A stretch of 64,000 nt of DNA from the NCBI GenBank assembly GCA_012295275.1, contig CM022677.1, positions 15,934,001 to 15,998,000 of the forward strand. Reading direction: 5' to 3'. The first letter of the stretch is position 1; each line of letters begins with the position of its first letter. The notes beneath the pieces were generated by a model. The model worked only from the letters and a program-made list of their open reading frames with translations, was not told where the DNA came from and ran no database searches. Below, one piece after another: positions 54,800 through 64,000 of this stretch. The stretch comes from Chrysomallon squamiferum (lineage: Eukaryota > Animalia > Mollusca). A program made the translations under genes and the position numbers.

Positions 54800-56994
54800 G
54801 TGTGTGTGTTTATGTGTGTGTATGTGTGTGGGTGTGTATCTCAAATTATACACAAAATTTAAAATGCAATTTTAATTCTTGTGTCACACACACACACAGA
54901 TACGCACTTACACACTCACCAACTCCACACACAAGAACACACACATACACATGCACATGCACACAAGTACATCAATCCAGCCATCCACTCTCACACCCAC
55001 ACATAAAAGAACAAAAAAAAACTACACAAATTTAAGAATCTAAAAACCTTCTGATAATCAGGTATCTTCAGTCCCTGAAAGTTATAGGTCACAAATATTT
55101 TAATTTATTTTTTTTTTTTTTTTTTTTACCTTCTTAAGAGGACTTGGTTTTTTCGGTTTCGGATTTTCTCTTTCTTTGCCTCTTTTCACTGGGGCAGATG
55201 AATCCAAAATATTGTGAGGATGTGAATGAGGCTGAAAATACACACACCTGCATTAAATCTGAGCAAGACAGACAGACAGATAGACAGACAGAAAGTCAGT
55301 TTATATACAGATAGACAGACAGATGTAGTTAGATAGGTAAATAGAAAGCTAGATAAAAATCTATCCAGATTGACAGATTTATTACAGAGAGAGAGACAAA
55401 CACAGGCAAACAGTAGGTAAGATTAGGTGGACAGGTATGTAATTAGAGTAATAGTCAGGCAGGTAGATATATAATTAATTACCTGTGTCTTTATGTAACT
55501 TGCTCTATATGTATGTTTGTATGTATGTATGAATGAAGCAATGAATATGATACTAACTGAATGAAATATATAAAAACTGGTAATTGGTCTTGAATAATCT
55601 TTATCTTATTAACTTCAATAATTAAAACAAACAAAAAATATTTTCTTATTTTTCTTTTCCCATCAATGGAATTTTTAATCTATTAAAATTATGATTCTGT
55701 ATACACGACATCTAAGAAAGGAAACCTGTTGTCACCACTTCATTGATGATGTTATATATTTCAGCAGCAAGAAATTGTTTCTTATACACCTTCTCGTAGG
55801 TTGGAAAAAAACGTAAAACAGTATTTGACTGACCTGCTGTTGGGAGACGGGGGGGTTCTAGCTAGAATGGGATAAACACTGTAGCATACTCTGGAACTGA
55901 CTGAACCAGATGTTCACACACAATATAGATTGGCAGGTAAGTATGGAGATAAGAAGGAAGAGAGACAGAGAGACAAGACTATCATAGAACTGTGACTGAA
56001 ATAGGAAAATGTCCCAGAGGACAGCACATTCTGATAGTATTATTTATGGATGTTGATTGTGAGCACTGGTTGTGAGTTTTGATTTTGAGTTCTGGTTGTC
56101 AGTACTGGTTGAATTGGGAATACTGAACATTAAAGAAGCAAGACAGACAGACAGACAGACTATCACAGAACTGTGGCTGAAATGGTAAATGGCTCAATGG
56201 ATATTATTGTCCTTGGTTTTGAGTACTGGTTGTGAGTAATGGTTTTGAGTAGTGTTTGGATTGGGAATATTGAAGATTTAAAAAGAAAAAGAAAAAAAGG
56301 ACAAAATTTAATATTTACTTGTCTTACTTGTTTGTCGTCTGATTTTTTCGTGTGTATGTCTGGTGCTGGTGTCTGATGTTTCTGTTTCTGGAAATAAAAG
56401 AAAAATGAAAAAATGTTAAAAAATAACAAAAGTAACTCCATAAAAAAAAAAAAAAAATATTTATTATTAAAGCTCTTTATTATTTACAGTGATATAAATC
56501 ATTTCATAATTGTAAATAATAATAATAATTATTCCTCGTATCTTCAAAATTAGTTTGACTATGTTCGTTTATTATGTACAGAAATTTTGTAAGTTATATA
56601 TTTATCTGTTATTATCAATAACTAATGCAGAAAAATCACCTTTGGTGACATAAACTGCATAATGAATGGTGTGACTGTCACCTCATGTTTATAATTTATT
56701 AGCCAACATTGCAAAAATCACCTTAGAATGTTCTGTTATTTATAACTTTATTATTATCACTCATAAGAGCAAAATCAGCTCCTAATTATAAATTATAAAA
56801 TCAATACATGCATGAATTATTTTTGAATTATCAGTTATTCATAACCTTATAATTACATATCAAAAGTGAGAAAAAAAAATAACTCATAATTGTAAGTTAT
56901 TCAATCTTATCACAAATATTACCTTGTAATTAGAATATATATATATGAAATAAAAAAAATGTACACCTTAAAATACATCATAGAATTTTTTTTT

Positions 56995-57033
<39 letters not shown>

Positions 57034-58064
57034 ATATCTATATCTATATATATATCACATTACGATTATCAAACAAAAATAAATATCAAACAAAATAAAA
57101 AATTTAGAAATAAAAAATTAAATTAAAAAATAAAGTCTACTCATAATTATCCAATAAAATTTAAAAAAAAAAAGTAACAATAATAATTAAAAAACTCACA
57201 TCATAATTTCAAATAAAAAAAAAATAATAATCTTACAATTATCCAATAAAATTTTAAAAATAAAAACTTAAAAAAAAAGAAATGAAATGACCTCATAATT
57301 ATCCAATAAAATAAAAAAATAAAATAAAATAAACCTAAAGAAACGACCTCATAATTATCAAAACAAATTAAAAGAAAAAAACTTTTTAAACTTTTCTTTT
57401 TTAAAAAAAATTCACCTCAAATAATCAAACTAAAAAAAATTAAAACCAAAAACAAAACACCAACATTACAACAATCAAAACAACAACAACAAAAAAAAAC
57501 CCCAAAATCCAAAAACAAACTCACCTCATAATTATCTATCATCAGAGCGAAATCAAAATACAACGGCTGCTTCGACTTCTTCCCGGAGCCTCCCTGCTGC
57601 TGTTTCTGCGACTCGCGAACTACAACCTCGTCTGTGATGATGCTCGTCGTCTTCACCACCTTGCTCTGACTTTTTGCCATCGCTGTTGGCGGTGCCAGAG
57701 ACACAGAAGCCGAAGTGCTGGGCCCAGAGCTCGCTGATGACTGTTTCAGTTTGAATTCTTTCAACATCTGCTGCTCCAGGGTGATCTCGGCCAGTTCCTC
57801 TTCTGCTGCCCGGTTTGCGATCTCGCGACGTTTTCGCCTCTTCCTCGCGCACTTCGACTCCAGCTGCTGCTGCTGCTGTGGTGGTTGGTGTTGCTGACTG
57901 CCCATGGGTACTGGTGGAGTGATGAGAAAGAAGAAAAGGTAAATAATGACGAGTTTTGGAAATGTGAAGAGATTCGTTTGTTGTAGACGAGTGTGATGGG
58001 TTTTTTTAATCCTTTGTCATGATGTTTTAATTGGGTTTTTTGTTGTTTTTTAATTAAAAGTAGT

Positions 58065-58097
<33 letters not shown>

Positions 58098-58607
58098 AGT
58101 AGTAGTAGTAGTAATAATAATAATAAGAAGAAGAAGAAGAAGAAGAGGAACAACAACAACACCAACACTAATAATAGTCATAATCATCATCACAATCATT
58201 GTAATAGCAAGAACAAAAGTATTAAAACTTTCAACAAAAAAAATCTGATTTACATGAATATTTTATAAACCAATTTTAAATCTCTCTCTCTTTCTCTCTT
58301 ATTCTCTCAGTCAGACATCTACAATCAGATTAAAATTTATATACAAATTTCACACCCACACCACCCACCCACACACATACACACTCAAACACACAGAGAA
58401 AAGAAACTGTAATTTATTATCTGCAGTTAACTGACACAATTAATTAATCAGCCAACGAGCCAATGCCCAGCTGTGTGTTTTTTTTTTTTTTAGAAATTCA
58501 CCTTGCCATCCTGTAGCCGGTTCTTTTGTAACTTCCTCCAGTGAACCGTTGAGCTCCCCAGCTGACTGACTGGTGTCCAGGTCTCTGACAGACACTGTGA
58601 CATGGGA
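46939..58607 (-). CDS. SECISBP2L: Selenocysteine insertion sequence-binding protein 2 (SBP2/SECISBP2L-type), 3' part; 5' exons lie further right; model is disrupted in this assembly
   Basis: Exons 58607-58502, 57910-57525, 56387-56328, 55231-55130, 54722-54643, 53343-53291, 52439-52232, [51378-51262 garbled], 50589-50475, [49213-~49095 scrambled], 48092-46939. SID motif NILDSSAPVKRGKERENPKPKKPSPLKKVILKERE, KIHSRRFRE, L7Ae-type KRRIVLGLREVTKHLKLKKIKCVIISPNLEKIQSKGGLDDAL, and the SBP2L-type HMGHSRTPS..SAISF..VLSEPISE plus an acidic tract. Confidence 0.93.
48095..49080. repeat. Degenerate AT-rich ~55-65 bp tandem repeat filling the last SBP2 intron
   Basis: Recurring AAAGTATCATGAAAA..TTAAAATTATATATATGAAAATAAAAATAATATATAG. 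Confidence 0.8.
49095..49213 (-). CDS. SECISBP2L: SBP2 L7Ae exon, 3' half scrambled
   Basis: GLDDALNNILNYCQEQNVP, then out-of-frame and out-of-order pieces ALGIFN and KLVPVS; no clear donor. Confidence 0.75.
49280..49612 (-). repeat. Three extra tandem copies of the SBP2 acceptor plus the first ~45 nt of the exon, separated by (TG)n
   Basis: CAGTAGTTGAGAATGTTGTTGAGAGCATCATCCAGACCTCCTGAAAAAACAG recurs at ~49291, ~49445 and ~49556. Confidence 0.93.
50475..50589 (-). CDS. SECISBP2L: SBP2 L7Ae exon
   Basis: AKLKRRIVLGLREVTKHLKLKKIKCVIISPNLEKIQSK(G). Confidence 0.95.
51262..51378 (-). CDS. SECISBP2L: SBP2 exon present only as an indel-riddled copy
   Basis: Fragments CNQVL, EIDAC, ELVR and QDRMFLKD interrupted by indels; clean partial copy IDACATSFLQELVRFQDK at 51493-51438. 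Confidence 0.7.
51489..51746. repeat. 37-bp tandem repeat, about 7 copies
   Basis: AAATAAATTTATAAACATACAATATCTGTAAAATTAG. Confidence 0.92.
52232..52439 (-). CDS. SECISBP2L: SBP2 exon
   Basis: ISSKSSLEMNNG..SPISMSPLSPGASPLSS..LLKIHSRRFR(E). Confidence 0.92.
53291..53343 (-). CDS. SECISBP2L: SBP2 exon
   Basis: SSVGVGVVNAESDLSQD; phase 2 in and phase 1 out, bridging its neighbours. Confidence 0.8.
54643..54722 (-). CDS. SECISBP2L: SBP2 exon (SID end)
   Basis: VILKEREEKKKMRLLDGDLPGHLANT. Confidence 0.92.
55130..55231 (-). CDS. SECISBP2L: SBP2 exon (SID, K-rich motif)
   Basis: PHSHPHNILDSSAPVKRGKERENPKPKKPSPLKK. Confidence 0.94.
56328..56387 (-). CDS. SECISBP2L: SBP2 exon
   Basis: KQKHQTPAPDIHTKKSDDKQ; phase 0/0; second in-frame donor 9 nt further at 56319. 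Confidence 0.75.
57525..57910 (-). CDS. SECISBP2L: SBP2 exon
   Basis: PMGSQQHQ..RKRRKRREIANRAAEEELAEITLEQQML..GKKSKQPLYFDFALMIDNYE; GAG|GTGAGT donor. Confidence 0.88.
58502..58607 (-). CDS. SECISBP2L: SBP2 exon (probable)
   Basis: SHVTVSVRDLDTSQSAGELNGSLEEVTKEPATGWQ; GC-rich, ctttcag acceptor, phase 1 donor fits the next exon. Confidence 0.72.
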
Positions 58608-58859
58608 CTGAAAGATAAATGATCAGACATCATCAAGTGGAATGATTATTTAGACAATAAGCATTAGACGTGTGTGTGTGTGGCGGTATTTGCTCTGTGA
58701 AGTAAACCTTTATGTTGTTGTTATTGTTAAATAAACAGTTTGGTGATCTTTATGTAATCCATGTTGATATGCATGAGTGAGTGTGTACAGATGATTTGAA
58801 GGTTTTTTTTTTTAAATATTTAAAGATTTTAGTGGTTAGATGAGAATAATCTGACATGT

Positions 58860-58892
<33 letters not shown>

Positions 58893-58998
58893 ATTAAATT
58901 ATTGCAGTGATTAAACACACACACACACAGACACACACGAACATAAAGAAAGATAAAAGAACAAACACATTCACACCCAAATAGTGAATAACAGAAAA

Positions 58999-59056
<58 letters not shown>

Positions 59057-59404
59057 TGATTCTGATTAATTTTCATGTCAATGGATAGCTTTCTGTCTAA
59101 CAAGGATGCAGCAAAGAATATTTTAGTTACTGTTACAAATTCATGAAAATTTTCAAGTGCAGATCTATGACAGCAATGATTATACTGACTCATTTACTTC
59201 TAAATCCCATTCATGCCCCACCAAAAACTACTGACTCACTCCAAACTGAGAAACAGTGGCACTCACACTCATTACTATAATTTTGTCATGTGACTGACTG
59301 TATGTTACCTTCATACACCCATACACTGTCTACAGGTTTACTACTGAGTATTGTGATATGTCACATTATCAGTCCAAATATGCATGATTATAATGATTCA
59401 GCAG

Positions 59405-59457
<53 letters not shown>

Positions 59458-59807
59458 AGATAGATAGATAGTCATTATATTGATATATATATATGGGATT
59501 TTTTTGTTGTTTTTTTGTGTGTGTTTTTTTCTTGAACTGGTGTTGTTATCTCCAACAACTTATTTACACACAAACTCTCCTACATGAATATAAATTTTAT
59601 AGAAATTTATGTTAAACACTGAATCTTAATGTTTTTTTTCTTTTCTTCCAACTGTAGGCTTACTTTAATTTATAATAATAATATAAACAAATAAATAATA
59701 TAAATAAATAAATGAAAAAAGAACCAAACAAACAACAACAACAACAACAATACAATTAGTAGTAATAAAAAAAACATATATATATATTAAACAAACAAAT
59801 TGATGAA

Positions 59808-59850
<43 letters not shown>

Positions 59851-60217
59851 AAAGAAAAGAACAACAAGAAAACTCCACTATTCATCATCTTGGCTGAATT
59901 TCAATACGACCGACATAATTTTAATTTCATTTATTATCATTGACCCAAAACACAAACAAAAAGTTTGACACTGTTACAAAACGTGTTAAAAAATCTTTCT
60001 AGGACTAACATATAAAAATCTACTTCTTAGTTTCAACCTCTACAAGTTGGCTGTCATATCCTGTATACACAATACTAGTCGAAATCTGCATGTTTAAAGT
60101 AATTTATCATGAAACCATATATGTCCTTCCTTTGTACACTCTGTGTAAAGATGTACTGCTTAATTTGATGTGTACAAGAATGGCTCTTGTAATACTACCT
60201 TAAAAGAGCTCATTTAC

Positions 60218-60291
60218 CTTACATGGATTGTACTGTAAACTGTTAGAAGCTAGGAAAGTATCAGTTAGTTCTCTAGTGCCTAGTAACTCAT
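60218..60291 (-). CDS. Possible further upstream SBP2 exon
   Basis: taccag|AT GAG.. open frame ELLGTRELTDTFLASNSLQYNPCK, AAG|GTAAAT donor in phase 0; no homology support. Confidence 0.3.
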
Positions 60292-60634
60292 CTGGTAATA
60301 TGATGAGTGTGTTTGTGTGTATTTAGTAAATGTCAGGGTGACTTCAATGTGGTTTATTTTTTTGTAAATTGTAAGAGAGAAAGAGATCTTGTTTTTTTGG
60401 GGTGTATTGCGTGTTAAAGAATGAATGAATATATATATATATATATATAAAAAAAGTAAAAATAAAACAAAATAAAATAAAATAAAATAAAATAAAATAA
60501 AATAAAAAACAAATAAAATAATGTAAAAATAAATAAAATAAAAATAATAAAAATAAAAAAAAAAAATTAAAATAAATTAAAAAAAAAAAAAAATAATGTA
60601 AAAATAAAAACAAAATTAAAATTAAATTAAATTA

Positions 60635-60665
<31 letters not shown>

Positions 60666-61590
60666 TAAAAATAAAAATAAAATAAAATAAAATAAAATAA
60701 ATAATGTAAAAATAATAAAACAACACAATAAAAAAATAAAAAGTAAGATAAAATAAAATAATTAAAAACACAACAAATGATTAAATGAAAACCACAAAGT
60801 CATGTCTATCAATGACATTCACATAGTACTCAGTCTTTTCAAACGCCTTCACCTGACTACTCAGTCTAAAAAGTATATCACACAATACTCAGTCTCAAAT
60901 TACGTTCACACAAACTTACTCTTTAAACTAAATTCACATAACACTCGGTCCATAAAACTAAATTCACATTTTCATACTCAGTCTATAAAGTCTATTTACG
61001 CAATATACTTTTGTTCAGTTATTGTCACCTTCAATCATTTAGTGTTACGTTGCTGCATTCAGTCAGAAGTACACTCAAATCTAGTTCACGTCTCTCTGTA
61101 ACACATTCATACAATAAACCAATGAATAATAAATAGACACATTATGCAGGTCGCTATGATGGACAGAAATGTCAATATTTTTATGCAGAGTCCATTACAC
61201 CTTGCTTTGAAATTCTATTGATTCAGTTACCAAACAGCACACTTAATTCATAATTCAAACTTATGACACAAACGAGGAAATGCACGAAAATAAATTGAGC
61301 TCAGTTTGATTTATTAGTGTTGAAATGTTTGTTTTCTTTGTGTGTTTTGTTGATCAATTTAATGATTAATGTACAAAGATGTTATCACAATGATTCCAAG
61401 TCTTCAAGTCCAGCTTATTAAAAACATTTTTTTTTTTTTTTAAAGTAATGTTTAATTATGTTTTATGCCAGCTACTTTAAACTTTCTCCAAACATTTTGC
61501 TTCTTTTTTACTTTTTAACTATATCTAGCATGCTTATATTTTTCGAGATATTTAATTTTCATTAAGAAAATGTAAATACATTATTTTATT

Positions 61591-61621
<31 letters not shown>

Positions 61622-62487
61622 TGCTTTTTAACATACAAAAATTTACTCAGATAGGCTAACTGTCAATGAGGGGCTGGCACTTTGAAATGATTTTCTAATC
61701 TGGCAAATAAACGTGATTACACACAAAGCACACTGAAAAAGGAATCAGTTTTATGAATACACCAGACAGTTATATATATATAGTTATATATATAGACAGT
61801 TATATATAGACAGCTATACTAGATATTCATAGACAGAAACAAAGACGCACTTTATTACCAAGAGACAGGTTGGATACACAAACAAATCTGTACTGCATTC
61901 ATTTTATTTTTAATAACCATGTCCATGATTTTCTTGTCCCTGGCAGTAATTGAAAATTTATTACCTGACCCCCACCTTGTACCATGTAGAAATTCTCAAG
62001 TCACGATTTGCATTGAAAACTGCTGTACTTAACTTTACAGAAGATTAATTAACTGTTAGGTGTTTTGTAAGAACTAATTATAATGATGATGATGGCATTA
62101 AGATTAATGCACTTGGTCACTTACTTCATGAGAATGATAAATGATTAAGTTACATTAACTACGAAACAGCTTAAACATGAACAAGATAATAAACGTGTTT
62201 GTATGTGTGCTAAAGGTGTTGTTTGCGCGCGCATGTGTGTGTGTGTGTGTGTCAAGTTCATATGTGCATGTTTATTTATATAAAAATAAATATCTAGTTA
62301 ACAAGAGGTTTACTATATGGCAACAGAAATATTTTTCTGAAGAGTCCAGTGCACATTATTGTCACAATTCATGTTAGTTATCTGGCTTTTTTGTTGTTTT
62401 TTTTTTTTTTTTTTGCTTTTTTTTTTATTTTATTATTTTTTTTGTTTTTAAATTAAGGTTTAGATATACACTTTTTTTTTTTTTTCA

Positions 62488-62542
<55 letters not shown>

Positions 62543-62906
62543 GTCATTTTAAGTTACTGAAATGCAGATAAGGGTGTGGTTTTTTTTTAACACGTTTTGT
62601 AATAATGTGTGTATGTAGCAATGAGTAAGAAATCTGTTTTGTGTCAACAATAATAAATGAAATTCAAATTATGTTATTCTTACTGAAACTTAGACAAGAT
62701 GTCTGGAGTTTTTTGTTGTTCTTTTCTCTTTATTTATTTATTTATCTATTTATTTATTTATTTACTTATTTACTTATTTATTTATTCACTGGTTTGTTTG
62801 TTTGTTTGTTACTCTTAAATAAAATTAAACCTACAATTAGAAGGAAAAACATTAAGATCCAGTTGAACATTTTATATTCATGTATAATAATTTGTAGGAG
62901 GAAAAC

Positions 62907-62959
<53 letters not shown>

Positions 62960-63269
62960 GTTCCTTGCACGGTCTGTTACACAACCAATTAGCGCAAACA
63001 ATCAGTCCCGTGTGACAATATTTAACATATTAAATAATATCTGCACTGCAGTGACTCTGTAATTTTAGAACACTCTGATAAAGACAGATCAAACCTGATA
63101 CCAACCTTTCTAGTCTTCACACTAGTTCATGCATTAACATACGGCTTAAACACAAATGCTTTATAAGCCTATTGTTCTGTTACTGCTGTGGCTTTATTTT
63201 CAACAAAGCCTGGTTTCCACGATTCAGCCTTTCAAAAAGTTTCAGCACTGTTGGTTTAATATCTCAAGA

Positions 63270-63546
63270 TAGTAGAAAACCACCAGTGGCAAGATATCCA
63301 AACGTTCTAGAAAACCGTCAATGGCAAGATATCTAAACATTCTAAAATACATCATTGCTAAGATATCTAGACATTCTAAAACAAAATCATTGCTAAGATA
63401 TCTAGACATTCTAAAACAAAATCATTGCTAAGATATCTAGACATTCTAGAAAATCATCATCGACAACGTATCTGATCATTTAGGAAAACCACCATCGACA
63501 AGATATCTAGGCATTCTAGAAAACCCACCACTGGCAAGATATCTCA
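63270..63546. repeat. ~36-bp minisatellite
   Basis: GCTAAGATATCTAGACATTCTAAAACAAAATCATT-like units. Confidence 0.85.
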
Positions 63547-64000
63547 AAATAACCGACTAGGTTAAGTTTCTTTTAGGTACATTTCACAGAAATAACTGGC
63601 ATTGGGAGGCATGTGTTACACTAAAAGTTATCAGCAAAAGGATTAAATTAATGTAATACAGATAAAATATTATATAAAATCTTTGTCCATTAAACTTTTC
63701 ATGTATCTGAATTAGTAGAAATTAATACATAAATTCACTCATGGAACTGTAAATATAAACAAATAACAACATGCTACAAATTTACAACATTCTGATCTAA
63801 AATTGAAAAATAAAAAATAAATAAAACTGGTCTGTTATTAACTGTTTATCTACTTAAATTGGGAACACAAAACTACACTTCACCCTCAGGACAGAAAATA
63901 AAAGTAATTAGAATTGTGCTGAAGATTTACTGTATTTTATAATTAAAAAGCAAATTTCGAACTCCCCATAATCAGTTCAAGTGATGAACACGAAAAAAAA

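Noticed and set aside
61000-64000. Further 5' exons of SBP2
   Set aside because: Isolated donor-like sites (e.g. ~61965) but no phase-consistent, recognisable exon; the start of the gene probably lies beyond the window.

Overview
AT-rich, microsatellite-dense animal genomic DNA with GT-AG introns; an invertebrate, and by inference probably a mollusc. No prokaryotic features, rRNA, tRNA or CRISPR arrays were seen. Contents: (1) a complete 22-coding-exon M13/neprilysin-family metallopeptidase gene on the minus strand (16809->3534, 744 aa by my hand splice) with intact zinc motifs but an atypical VSAVY substrate motif; (2) a decayed plus-strand ORF (19525-~23200) whose middle has expanded into a ~2.8 kb, 45-bp tandem array with a 410-bp higher-order duplication; (3) a single-exon 452-aa membrane-anchored orphan ORF with 8-aa repeats (minus, 28772-30130), possibly driven from an RFX X-box promoter near 37460; (4) the 3' part of the SECIS-binding protein 2 (SBP2/SECISBP2L-type) gene on the minus strand (~58600->46939). 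In that gene two RNA-binding-domain exons are garbled, the last exon has two +1 frameshifts, and four introns carry tandem repeats built from copies of the adjacent splice junction; (5) Tc1/mariner remnants and a pogo/Tigger-like MITE. The SBP2 lesions look more like consensus/assembly artefacts than gene loss, but raw reads are needed. I found no strongly supported novel system. The best leads are the splice-junction-anchored repeats, the coding-derived satellite and the divergent neprilysin. All translations and coordinates were done by eye.
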